64,000 nt of DNA. It comes from Myxococcota bacterium (GTDB lineage Bacteria > Myxococcota_A > UBA9160 > UBA6930). The stretch lies in NCBI GenBank assembly GCA_965223705.1, contig OZ245015.1, forward strand, positions 1,856,001 through 1,920,000. The letters are read 5' to 3'. The notes under the pieces are model-generated. The model was given only the letters and a program-made list of their open reading frames with translations, was not told the origin of the DNA and searched no databases. Shown in pieces: positions 1 to 8,894 of the stretch (its first letter is position 1; every line of letters begins with the position of its first letter). Both the position numbers and the translations under genes were made by a program.

Positions 1-757
1 CGGGCATCGCGTGAAACTCGGCCAGCGCGTATCCGCATCGTTCGAGCTCACCGACGGAAATTCGGTTCGCGCGCAGGTCATCCGACAGGGGAATGCCCGG
101 CAGCCACTCGTAACCAAACGCCCGGCGCTTCGGACTCACCCCCAGAAGCCGCGGGAGTCTCAGCACATCGAAGCAACCGTGCGGGCGAAGGGTTCGAACC
201 GCTGCGTCGTATCCGCCCTCCGTGTAGAGGCGAAGGGTGCCCAAGATGCGGCCGTCGCCCCGGATCCTTCCGACGAACCGACGCTCCGCTTTGTACGCCA
301 GGAGATCGACGTCGAGGTTGTCCGCTTCGCACCCGGCAAATTCTTTCACCAGTCGAGCACGCCCTTTCGCGTCTGCCAGCCGTCGCAGCGCCCGCACGCG
401 TCGGTCGTTGGGGAAGAGCGAGAACAACAGCCCGCGCGCGGGGTCTTCGACGCGACCCGGCAGGTCGTCGGAACCGACCGAGACGCGGGTCCTCGCCTTC
501 GCGAGTCGCAGTCCGGCGCTCTTGTCCCAGGCGCTGGCGTGTACGAGCAGCGAACGATCGCCGACACGAACCCGCCGCTGGACGAGGCACGAAGCCCCCG
601 GCTTGTAGCGCGTGTAGCGCTCGCCGCAGAAACTCAGGTCGTCGCGCGACCACGCGGCAGCCAGGATCTCCGAGAGGATCTCGTCGTCGAGGAGCAGCGC
701 CAGGCCGGGGATCTCGCGATCGCGAAGAACCAGCGCTTCGTCACCCCAAGAGAGCAC
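1..757 (-). CDS. aminoglycoside phosphotransferase (APH)-like kinase family protein, runs off the window edge
   Basis: Absent from the ORF track. Manual translation from GTG 757 gives MLSWGDEALVLRDREIPGLALLLD..RYTRYKPGASCL..LFPNDRRV..LLAYKAERRFV..LPRLLG..YEWLPG..ALAEFHA, open to base 1. This resembles APH-like proteins found with ABC-transporter/glycosyltransferase clusters. Confidence 0.7.
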   Translation of the reverse strand, partial: MLSWGDEALVLRDREIPGLALLLDDEILSEILAAAWSRDDLSFCGERYTRYKPGASCLVQRRVRVGDRSLLVHASAWDKSAGLRLAKARTRVSVGSDDLPGRVEDPARGLLFSLFPNDRRVRALRRLADAKGRARLVKEFAGCEADNLDVDLLAYKAERRFVGRIRGDGRILGTLRLYTEGGYDAAVRTLRPHGCFDVLRLPRLLGVSPKRRAFGYEWLPGIPLSDDLRANRISVGELERCGYALAEFHAMP

Positions 758-1010
758 GACGCGTTCCTTCCCGGACTTCCGTCGACTCGCTCGGGCTCTC
801 GCTGCGAATCGTTCCCTCGGAGATGTTGAGGACCGCGTCGCAACGCTTCGCCTCGTCCGCCCGGTGGGTTACGACCAGGATGGTCTGCGCGCCGCGGAGT
901 GCCTCAATCGCCCGCCAGATTTCCTCGCGACTGGTCTCGTCGAGCCCGGTGGTCGGTTCGTCGAGCAGAAGGATGGGCACACGTCGAAGCAGCGCCCGCG
1001 CCAGCGACGC
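741..1010 (-). pseudogene. C-terminal remnant of an ABC transporter ATPase domain
   Basis: SLARALLRRVPILLLDEPTTGLD (Walker B/D-loop) and TILVVTHR (H-loop). No Walker A, LSGGQ or TM domain. The frame is closed upstream by the LLM stop codon. Confidence 0.7.
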
Positions 1011-1040
1011 TCCTGTGGCTCCCGGCGCGAGCCTCCCGAA

Positions 1041-2045
1041 CTACCGGAAGCGCGGCATGACTTCCCGCGCGAACCGCTCGAGACTCTCGCTGAAGATCTC
1101 GCCCGGCACACCCGGCGAGGCTCCCCAGGTGATGAGGTCGGTGATCCCGAAGCGCGAAGTAAAGGCCTCGATCTCATCGCCGACCTGCTCTGGCCCGCCG
1201 ACGATGAGGTTCTGCGGGATGGCGTCGTCGCTGGGAGCACTGTGCAGCACTTCCTGATCGCCTGCCTCGCCGAGCCACTTCTCGTAGATGGAGAGGCGAT
1301 AGCGCTCGCCGGCCAAGACCTTTGGCATCACGGAATCCCGATCGTTCGTCACGATGAAGGGACGCAGGATGCCCACGCGATAGTCGGCCACGGAACCGCC
1401 TCGAGCCTCGAGCTCCTCGCGCCAGGGATCGAGCACGACGTGGCGGCGACCCTGGGGCAAGAGATGGGCGCCGAGCCGCGCGGCGCGTCGCGCTCCCGCT
1501 TCGCTCATCGCCGCGATCCAGAGGGGCGGGCCGCCGGGCTGGACAGGGCGCGGACGCACTGCGACATCCTCGAATTGGTAGCGCTTGCCGGCGAAGTCGA
1601 AGCGCTCTTCACTCCAGGCACGTCGCAGGATCTCGAGCCCTTCTTCGGTGAGCGAGACCCGGTTGCGGCGCTCGACGCCGAAGGCGCGAAATTCGTGGTG
1701 GGCGTAACCGAGACCGGCGCCGAGCATCATGCGGCCGTTGCTCAGGTTGTCGAGGACAGCGAGATCCTCCGCCAGCCGGACGGGATGATGGAAGGGCATG
1801 AGCAGCACGTTCGACGAGATCGCCACGCGTTCCGTGGCCGCCGCGACAGCTCCCGCCACCGCGACGAACGACGGCACGTAGCCGTCCTCGACGAAGTGGT
1901 GCTCGGTGATCCATACGCTGTCGTAGCCCCAGCGATCTACCGCGCGGATCTGATCGAGACACTCGCGGTAGATCTCGGGCAGGCTTCGTCCACTGTCCGG
2001 TGGATTGCGAAAGTCGTAAGCGACGCCGAAACGTAAGCCGGGCAT
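1041..2045 (-). CDS. LLM class flavin-dependent oxidoreductase (luciferase-like)
   Basis: WITEHHF, HPVRLAEDLAVLDNLSNGR, PRPVQPGGPPLW. Confidence 0.9.
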   Translation of the reverse strand: MPGLRFGVAYDFRNPPDSGRSLPEIYRECLDQIRAVDRWGYDSVWITEHHFVEDGYVPSFVAVAGAVAAATERVAISSNVLLMPFHHPVRLAEDLAVLDNLSNGRMMLGAGLGYAHHEFRAFGVERRNRVSLTEEGLEILRRAWSEERFDFAGKRYQFEDVAVRPRPVQPGGPPLWIAAMSEAGARRAARLGAHLLPQGRRHVVLDPWREELEARGGSVADYRVGILRPFIVTNDRDSVMPKVLAGERYRLSIYEKWLGEAGDQEVLHSAPSDDAIPQNLIVGGPEQVGDEIEAFTSRFGITDLITWGASPGVPGEIFSESLERFAREVMPRFR

Positions 2046-2066
2046 GTGCCCTCCTCCGAGCGCTAG

Positions 2067-2753
2067 CTACCAGTCGTGGCGCTCTCCGTTCCACTTCCAG
2101 AACCCGCCGGTGTTGTCGAGCGAGAGCTGATCGCAGACGGCGACGACACCTGCCGCGCTCTCTTGCGGCGTGATGTCGGCGTTCGCACCGCCCATATCCG
2201 TCTTCACCCAACCCGGGTGCACGAGGCCGACGGCCACGCCTTCCTTCTTGAGGTCGAGCGCGGCGAGGCGCATGAATTTGTTCACCGCGGCCTTGCTCGC
2301 GCAGTAGGCGTGCGCGTGAGCGATATCGAGAGAAAGGGCGCCCATCTGACTCGTCACGGTCATGACCTTCCCGGCATTCGCGGCTTTCAGGTTCGCCATG
2401 AGCGCTTGCATGAGACGGACCGGTCCCAGCGTGTTGACGTTGAACGTCTCCGCCCACCCGTCGAAATCCATGCGGAGCGCGGTCTGTTCGGCGAGCTCCG
2501 GCCCGACCATGCCCGCGTTGTTGATGAGAAGATCGATCGGGCGGCCAGCGAGCGAAGCGGCGAGCTGTTCGACCGATTCGTCTTCGCCCACGGCCAGTCG
2601 ATGGATCTCCGTCGGCCCGCCCACCGCGCTGAGGTCAATCGCCTGGTCGGGGTTGCGGCAGCAGGCGAGCACAGTGTCGCCCCGGCCGGCGTAGCGTTTC
2701 GTCAGTTCGAGGCCGACACCTTTGTTGGTGCCGGTGATCAGGACAGTGGCCAT
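2067..2753 (-). CDS. SDR oxidoreductase (CsgA/C-factor-like)
   Basis: ATG 2753. ITGTNKGVG, NNAG, YCASK, HPGWVKTDMGG. Confidence 0.9.
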   Translation of the reverse strand: MATVLITGTNKGVGLELTKRYAGRGDTVLACCRNPDQAIDLSAVGGPTEIHRLAVGEDESVEQLAASLAGRPIDLLINNAGMVGPELAEQTALRMDFDGWAETFNVNTLGPVRLMQALMANLKAANAGKVMTVTSQMGALSLDIAHAHAYCASKAAVNKFMRLAALDLKKEGVAVGLVHPGWVKTDMGGANADITPQESAAGVVAVCDQLSLDNTGGFWKWNGERHDW

Positions 2754-2798
2754 GAAGTCTCCGCTCGAGTGAAGGCGGAGCATAGCGGGGGACCGAGG

Positions 2799-3998
2799 TC
2801 AGGCACGCTCCGACTGTCGCGCGGGAAGGGTCACCTCGAAACACGACCCGCCGCCCGCGCGGGGTTCGAACTCGAGTGAGCCTCCGTGCCGCTTCGCGAT
2901 CTCGCGCGCCAGCGCGAGCCCCAGCCCGACGCCTCGATCCGGCTGCGCCGAAGCGGAGGAACGAAAGAAGGGCTCGAAAATCCGCGCTCGGTCCGCCTCG
3001 GGAATGCCCGGCCCTCGGTCGAGAACGCGAAGGACGACGTCGTCCTTCCGCGCCGCCAGCTCCAGTTCTACCCGGTCGCCGGCGTAGCGTCGCGCGTTTT
3101 CGATCAAGTTCCGGACGAGGCGCCGCAATTCGCGCGGGCTGCCCGTCACGGGCGGGACCACACCATCCACTCGAAGCGGGAGTCCTTCGCTTTCACGTTG
3201 CACGAGAGCCGTCAGTTCCACGGGCTCGACTGGGACGTCGACGTCGGCGTCGAGACGCGCGGCGAGGAGCACTTCTTCGATGAGCTCGTCGAGCTCATCG
3301 ATGCTCGATGCGACGTCCGTCTGAAGATCCCGCCGGTCGCTTTCTTCCGCGAGGAGTTCCGCGGCGACGCGCAGTCGCGCAAGCGGCGTACGCAGTTCGT
3401 GGGAGGCGCCGGCCATCACACGTCGTTGCGCGGTCACCAGCGCTTCGATGCGGTCCGCCGAACGGTTCAAGCTCTTGGCGAGCTCGGCGACTTCGTCGCG
3501 GCCCTCGACGGGGACTCGCGCGGAGAGGTCACCACTTCCGAGTTGATCGACGCCATCGCGCAGGCGTTCCAAGCGCCGCGTGATCCGGCGGGAGACAGGA
3601 TACGCACCCGCGGCGATCGCCAACCCGAGCACGAGAAAACCCGCGGCCGGGCTGGGTCGTCGTCCCCGGGGTCCGGGACGTACGCGAAGCCAGCGCCCGT
3701 CCGAAAGTGCGATGCTCGCCGCGGCGGGCGCATGCAGGCGTCGATGGTGGGGCGGGCGAGGCTCTTCGTCGGTTGGGGACACCCGCGCGCGGACCCCGAG
3801 TTCACGGGCGCGTTCTCGGAGACCCTCGACTCCCCCTTGTTCAACGTAAGCGGCGAGCTCGCGAGCCGAACGCTCCAAGCGTTCCGAGGGCGGTTCGTGC
3901 ATCCAGACCGCGCGCCCGACGAGCGCGGCGAGCAGCACGACGACGATGGCGACGCCCACTACCGAGAGATAGATCTGCAGATAGAGGCGGTGCCTCAC
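2799..3998 (-). CDS. HAMP-domain sensor histidine kinase (CpxA/RstB-like)
   Basis: Two TM segments, HAMP, SHELRTPL H-box, NLIENA, DRGPGI, GLGL. Confidence 0.92.
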   Translation of the reverse strand: MRHRLYLQIYLSVVGVAIVVVLLAALVGRAVWMHEPPSERLERSARELAAYVEQGGVEGLRERARELGVRARVSPTDEEPRPPHHRRLHAPAAASIALSDGRWLRVRPGPRGRRPSPAAGFLVLGLAIAAGAYPVSRRITRRLERLRDGVDQLGSGDLSARVPVEGRDEVAELAKSLNRSADRIEALVTAQRRVMAGASHELRTPLARLRVAAELLAEESDRRDLQTDVASSIDELDELIEEVLLAARLDADVDVPVEPVELTALVQRESEGLPLRVDGVVPPVTGSPRELRRLVRNLIENARRYAGDRVELELAARKDDVVLRVLDRGPGIPEADRARIFEPFFRSSASAQPDRGVGLGLALAREIAKRHGGSLEFEPRAGGGSCFEVTLPARQSERA

Positions 3999-4690
3999 GT
4001 CGTTTCGGTGCCTTGGGGGGCGAGCTGGTAACCCACGCCGCGGACGGTCAGAACACGCTTCGGGCTTTTCGGGTCGTCTTCGATCGCGGCTCGAATGCGC
4101 GAGATGTGGACATCGATGCTGCGGTCGAAGGGGCCCAGCCGATCGCCGTTCACTTCACGCATCAGGCGATCGCGTGAGACGGGCCGGCCGGCGTTCTCGG
4201 CGAGGACCTGGAGGATTCTGAACTGGTGGTGGGTGAGATCGGCGCGTCGATTCTCGACACGCACCTCGAGGCGTTCGCGGTCGATGCGGAGGGCGCCGAC
4301 TTCGAGCACCGCGCTCGGATTCGTGGTGTCGCGGGTCTGTCGACGCAACACCGCCCGAATTCGCGCGAGGAGTTCACGGGGATTGAAGGGCTTCGGGAGA
4401 TAATCATCGGCGCCGAGCTCGAGCCCCACGATCCGATCCGTTTCGTCGCCGCGTGCCGTCAGCATGATGATGGGGACGTCCGATTCGGCCCGTAGCGTGC
4501 GACACAACTCGAACCCGTCTCCGTCCGGGAGCATGACGTCGAGGAGAATGACGTCGAAGGCTTGACTTCTCGCAAGGGCGAGCGCTTCGTGCACCGTCGG
4601 GCAGGCGCACAACTCGAAGCCCTGGCCTTCGAGGTATTCGACGACCAGGGCAGCGAGTCGTACATCGTCTTCGACGACGAGAATTCGCAC
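3995..4690 (-). CDS. OmpR-family response regulator (CpxR-like)
   Basis: REC (VVEDD, LDVMLP, KPF) plus winged helix (RSIDVHISRIR, TVRGVGY). Overlaps the kinase start by 4 bp. Confidence 0.95.
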   Translation of the reverse strand: MRILVVEDDVRLAALVVEYLEGQGFELCACPTVHEALALARSQAFDVILLDVMLPDGDGFELCRTLRAESDVPIIMLTARGDETDRIVGLELGADDYLPKPFNPRELLARIRAVLRRQTRDTTNPSAVLEVGALRIDRERLEVRVENRRADLTHHQFRILQVLAENAGRPVSRDRLMREVNGDRLGPFDRSIDVHISRIRAAIEDDPKSPKRVLTVRGVGYQLAPQGTETT

Positions 4691-4693
4691 GCG

Positions 4694-5179
4694 TTAGTGA
4701 CGCCCGAACCGGTGCATGCGCTCCTCCATGAGGTCGGCCAGCTCGATGCGCTGCTCCTGCGTCAGCACCGACCCGACGTCGCCGATGGTCGAAGCGATCC
4801 GCTGGGAAATCGCTTCCATCCGCAGCGCGTGCTCGGCCCGCAGGCTTTCGAGCTGCGCGCGGTCGACTTCTTCGCCGGTCAACGCGACACGGAGCTCCTC
4901 TTGGAGTTCCTTCCGGTCGGGACGCAGCTCGCGAATCTCGCCCATTGCGGTTTCGACGATCGCCTCGATCTCGTCTCGCTGGTCGTCGGTGGCGTCGACC
5001 GCACCCAACATCCGGTCGATCTTCCACAGCACGAACTCCGGCCCGTGTCCGCGGTGACGACCGCCGAAAGCGAGCCCGGGCAGGCTCGAAGCGAGCAGGA
5101 TGGCTGCGGTTGCAACGAGGACGACGCCCCCGGCCGCCGCGGCGCGCCAGCGTCGTTTTCGTGTGGCTTCTTGCGACAT
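4694..5179 (-). CDS. Spy/CpxP-family periplasmic protein
   Basis: ATG 5179, signal peptide, helical body, C-terminal VLTQEQR (LTxxQ motif). First gene of the two-component operon. Confidence 0.85.
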   Translation of the reverse strand: MSQEATRKRRWRAAAAGGVVLVATAAILLASSLPGLAFGGRHRGHGPEFVLWKIDRMLGAVDATDDQRDEIEAIVETAMGEIRELRPDRKELQEELRVALTGEEVDRAQLESLRAEHALRMEAISQRIASTIGDVGSVLTQEQRIELADLMEERMHRFGRH

Positions 5180-5260
5180 CTCGGTTCTCCTGTTTCGCCC
5201 GGTGATTTCCGGGTCGATTGGGAGCATCGGGCGGCCGGATTGCTGGCGAATGTCCCCGAT

Positions 5261-5275
5261 GTAAAGAAGTGTAAA
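5261..5275. promoter_or_regulatory. CpxR-type box GTAAA-N5-GTAAA
   Basis: gtaaa-gaagt-gtaaa in the intergenic region upstream of the Spy/CpxP-regulator-kinase operon. Confidence 0.7.
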
Positions 5276-5284
5276 GGCCGGCTC

Positions 5285-6412
5285 TCAGCGGATCCCGAGC
5301 CTTTTCAGCAAACGGTCGCGTTTGTCGAGCCACCAGCCGAACTCCGGCGGCCAGCTCGAGTAATCGCCGTCCACCAAGGCGCGCTTCGCGGCGAGCGGCC
5401 AGTTCGGCTGCTCGAGCAGTTCGCGGGCTAAGGCGATCGCATCCGCCTGGCCGCTTTCGAGGATGGCTTCGGCCTGCGCGGGCTGCCAGATGAGCCCGAC
5501 CGCGATCGTCGCGATCTCGGCCTCGCGCCGCAGTTGCGCGGTGCGCGAAGCCATGAACGCGGGGCCGAGGGGCATCTTCGGTTTGTGCGGCCCGCCGATG
5601 CCGCCGCTCGAGCAATCGATCGCGTCGACGCCGCGCCCTTTCAGTCGCTTCGCGAGCTCGACGGATTCCGCAAGCGTCCAACCGCCGTCGACCCAATCGG
5701 TGAGCGAGAGTCGGAAGACCAAGGGAAAGCGTTCCGGCCAGGTGCTGCGAATCGCGTCGGCGACTTCGAGTGAGAAGCGAATCCTTCCTTCGAAGTCGGT
5801 TCCGTACCCGTCGGTTCGGTCGTTGGCGAGCGGCGAGTAGAACTGGTGCGCGAGGAAGCCGTGCCCCGCATACACCTCGATCACGCGGAACCCGGCGTCA
5901 TCGGCCCGCTTTGCTGCGTCCGCGAAGGCTCGCAGCACGGTCTCGATATCCGTTTCGGTCATCACCTTGGGCTCGGGCCACGCGTCGCCGTAGCGGAGGG
6001 CGCTCGGAGCGATCGCTTGCCACGGGGCTTCGCCTCGGAGCGCGATGTCTTCTTCGGTGACCGGTGTTTCGCCGTCCCAGGGACGCCGCTCGCTCGCCTT
6101 CCGCCCGGCGTGTGCGAGCTGCACCCCGGGCACGGCGCCGTGTTCGGCAAGGAACCGCGTCACCCGCTGCAGAGGCTCGATCTGCTCGTCGCACCAGAGG
6201 CCGAGATCACCGTGGGTGCGGCGACCGCGTTCTTCAACCGCTGTCGCCTCCGTAAAGACCAACCCCGCGCCGCCCAAAGCGAAACGGCCGAGATGAACGA
6301 GATGCCAATCGTTCGCCACACCGTCGCGCGCCCTGTATTGGCTCATCGGGGAGACCACGATGCGGTTCGGAATTACAACGTCTCGCAGCTTGAGAGGATC
6401 GAACAATGCCAT
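5285..6412 (-). CDS. NADH:flavin oxidoreductase / old yellow enzyme (YqjM-like)
   Basis: NRIVVSPMSQY, QLAHAGRKA, NDRTDGYG, ALARELL. Confidence 0.92.
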   Translation of the reverse strand: MALFDPLKLRDVVIPNRIVVSPMSQYRARDGVANDWHLVHLGRFALGGAGLVFTEATAVEERGRRTHGDLGLWCDEQIEPLQRVTRFLAEHGAVPGVQLAHAGRKASERRPWDGETPVTEEDIALRGEAPWQAIAPSALRYGDAWPEPKVMTETDIETVLRAFADAAKRADDAGFRVIEVYAGHGFLAHQFYSPLANDRTDGYGTDFEGRIRFSLEVADAIRSTWPERFPLVFRLSLTDWVDGGWTLAESVELAKRLKGRGVDAIDCSSGGIGGPHKPKMPLGPAFMASRTAQLRREAEIATIAVGLIWQPAQAEAILESGQADAIALARELLEQPNWPLAAKRALVDGDYSSWPPEFGWWLDKRDRLLKRLGIR

Positions 6413-6490
6413 GTGCTAGACATAGCGCGGGTTCGGCCGGCGCGATGCGTGCAGGGCGCAGAGCGACCCGAGGGGTAACCTCTCTTCGCT

Positions 6491-7684
6491 ATGGCGGGAC
6501 CCCTCGATGGAATTCGCATCCTCGATCTGACGAGCATGATCTCGGGGCCGATGGCGACGATGATGCTCGGGGATCAAGGCGCCGACGTGATCAAGATCGA
6601 GCCGCCGGGTGGCGACCGGGCACGCGGAATCAGCCGCACCGGAACCACCAGCATCTTTCTCTCGGCCAATCGGAACAAGCGATCCGTTTGCATCGACCTC
6701 AAGCGACCCGGCGCCCTCGAACTCGTCCTCGACATCGCGAAAACCGCGGACGTGTTCGTCCAGAACTTCCGGCCGGGAGCGGCGGAGCGCGTGGGCCTCG
6801 GCGAGGCGGCTTTGCGGCAAGTCGCGCCGGACATCGTCTACGTATCGATCAGCGGTTTCGGCGAGCGCGGGCCCTTCGCCCACCAGCGCGTTTACGATCC
6901 CGTCATCCAAGCCCTCTCCGGCCTCGCCGATATCCAGGCCGACGCCGGAACGCGCCGGCCGCGCATGGTGCGAACGATCATCCCCGACAAGACGACGGCG
7001 CTCACCGCGGCACAAGCGATCACCGCAGCGCTCTTCGCGCGGGAGCGCGGAAGGCCAGGCCAGCACGTGCGGTTGGCGATGCTCGACGCGACGGTGGCGT
7101 ATCTGTGGCCCGAGGGGATGTCGGAACTGACGCACACCGGTCGCGAAAAAGATCCCGGCGAAGGTCACGTCGCTCACGACATGATCTACGAAACGAGGGA
7201 CGGCTACGTCACCGCCGGCGTGATTTCAGACGCCGAGTGGGAAGGGCTTTGCCGCGCGCTCGGGCGGGAAGACTGGCTCGAGCGCGAGGAGTTCCGAACC
7301 ATCGCCGGCCGTTTCGCGCATCGCGAAGAGCGTATCCACATGACGGCGGATGAATTTCAAAAGCGAACAACCGCCGACCTCCTCGAGCGGCTCGACCGTT
7401 GCGAAGTTCCCGCGGCTCCCGTGCTGCGGCGCGAAGAGCTGCTCGATCACCCGCAGATCGCGGCGAACGAGCTGCTCGAGATCCACCATGACGAGCACCA
7501 CGGACCGATTCGCCAGCCGCGACCCGCCGCGCGCTTCGAGGAGACACCGGCATCGATCCGCCGCATGGCGCCGCTGCTCGGCGCCGACAACGCCGCGGTT
7601 CTATCGGAGATCGGGCTCGGCGCGAAACAAATCGAAGACCTCGAGAGAGCCGGCATCATCGCGAAAGCGCGCCCGCCGAGGTAG
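6491..7684 (+). CDS. CaiB/BaiF family (class III) CoA transferase
   Basis: PLDGIRILDL, GADVIKIEPPGGD, NRNKRS, NFRPG. Confidence 0.92.
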   Translation: MAGPLDGIRILDLTSMISGPMATMMLGDQGADVIKIEPPGGDRARGISRTGTTSIFLSANRNKRSVCIDLKRPGALELVLDIAKTADVFVQNFRPGAAERVGLGEAALRQVAPDIVYVSISGFGERGPFAHQRVYDPVIQALSGLADIQADAGTRRPRMVRTIIPDKTTALTAAQAITAALFARERGRPGQHVRLAMLDATVAYLWPEGMSELTHTGREKDPGEGHVAHDMIYETRDGYVTAGVISDAEWEGLCRALGREDWLEREEFRTIAGRFAHREERIHMTADEFQKRTTADLLERLDRCEVPAAPVLRREELLDHPQIAANELLEIHHDEHHGPIRQPRPAARFEETPASIRRMAPLLGADNAAVLSEIGLGAKQIEDLERAGIIAKARPPR

Positions 7685-7696
7685 CCTGCCGCTCGT

Positions 7697-7773
7697 GGCC
7701 CGGTAGCTCAGCTGGATAGAGCGCCAGCCTCCGAAGCTGGAAGTCGCGCGTTCGAATCGCGCCCGGGTCACCA
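7697..7773 (+). tRNA. tRNA-Arg (CCG)
   Basis: Cloverleaf: GGCCCGG/CCGGGTC acceptor, GCTC/GAGC D-arm, CCAGC-CTCCGAA-GCTGG anticodon arm, GCGCG-TTCGAAT-CGCGC T-arm, encoded CCA. Confidence 0.97.
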
Positions 7774-7786
7774 CGATGCATCACTG

Positions 7787-8740
7787 CTACCGCTGAACAC
7801 AGTAGAGACGGTTCAGCTCGGAACAGTCCTCGTCGACGGAGTCCAACCACCCGTCGTCCGTACCGACGGTGTTACCGATACGGCCCGAATCGTTGCTGTC
7901 GTCGCTTTCCCAATTCAGGCAAGCCATGTTGAGGCGATATCTGCCATGCCCCGTGGTTCCCGTCCAAACGCCGATAACACCGAGACTCTGGTAGGAGGCC
8001 CCGAGTTCGTCGTTCCCGATGAAATTCACCAGATGGGCGTTCTCGGTGTTGAACAGGTCCGGCGTGCTATGGGCCACCGGCAGACCTCGGGCGCTGATGT
8101 AAGGTCCGCCCGCCGGCGTGGGTCTCGTTCCACCATCGACCTGATCCGTCGACAGCAGCGCGACATACTCCCCTTTCGGCACGATCGAGGAGGGAGAATC
8201 CGCCAGGGATTGGCAGATCGCATCGGCACCCGTGAGCCCGCCCAAGTCTCCCGTGTGAGTGGTCGAGGTGACGAAGATGGTTTTGACGCCGGGCTTCCCG
8301 GGCTCGCTGGTGTTCCCGTAGCTTTCCGCTGTGCCCGCTGGTAGCCCGTCCGAAGAGTCGCTCACGTCACCGTTGAAAAAGACACGCCTGAAGGCCATGC
8401 GTATCTTGGCGCCCTGGGTGACCTTCTCTACCTCGCAGTAGGCGGCCCGTTTGTTCGCCGTGAGTGCTTGATACGGCAGCGTCAATGACAAGCCCGCCGG
8501 AATCACCACGCCGCTAGCAGAGTTGAGCGCATTGCTCGTTGCGGCGTCGATGATGAAGATCCCGACCGTGGCCGCATCGGTCCCAGCGTTCACCACAGTG
8601 CACTGGCCTTCGCCGAGGTAGTTGAGACCGATGGTGGCGGAAACCAAGCGCTCGGCGGAGGCGGAGTTCGAGGCGGTGAGTGCGGTCGCAACTGCGAGCG
8701 CTAGTCCAACTCGTGTCGGTACGAGAGAGCGGCTCAGCAT
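7787..8740 (-). CDS. secreted protein with C-terminal DUF1554 / endostatin-like domain
   Basis: Signal peptide ending ASA-E. TIFVTSTTHTGDLGGLTGADAICQSLA, VWTGT, CLNWES, RLYCVQ. Confidence 0.75.
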   Translation of the reverse strand: MLSRSLVPTRVGLALAVATALTASNSASAERLVSATIGLNYLGEGQCTVVNAGTDAATVGIFIIDAATSNALNSASGVVIPAGLSLTLPYQALTANKRAAYCEVEKVTQGAKIRMAFRRVFFNGDVSDSSDGLPAGTAESYGNTSEPGKPGVKTIFVTSTTHTGDLGGLTGADAICQSLADSPSSIVPKGEYVALLSTDQVDGGTRPTPAGGPYISARGLPVAHSTPDLFNTENAHLVNFIGNDELGASYQSLGVIGVWTGTTGHGRYRLNMACLNWESDDSNDSGRIGNTVGTDDGWLDSVDEDCSELNRLYCVQR

Positions 8741-8894
8741 CTAGAGGAGCCCCTGTCTGTCCACCTCCAACCCGCCAACGACGAGCATACATCCCGCCAG
8801 GGCCTATTGGCCAGAGCTCCATGCCTGCTCTCTGGCGTCGGTTGTCGGGGTCTTCAGGACCGCGCTCCGATCGCCCGAAATGACGGCACCAGGG

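Noticed and set aside
11..829. 272-aa plus-strand ORF and many other long antisense or alternate-frame ORFs (e.g. 864-2036, 18337-20091, 33890-35434, 60799-62565)
   Set aside because: Shadow ORFs of genes with clear family motifs, as expected in high-GC DNA. They have no recognisable motifs.
1041..1043. TAG readthrough from the LLM gene into the in-frame ABC fragment
   Set aside because: The LLM ends at a normal family C-terminus (EVMPRFR), and the ABC piece lacks Walker A and the signature motif, so a fusion makes no functional sense.
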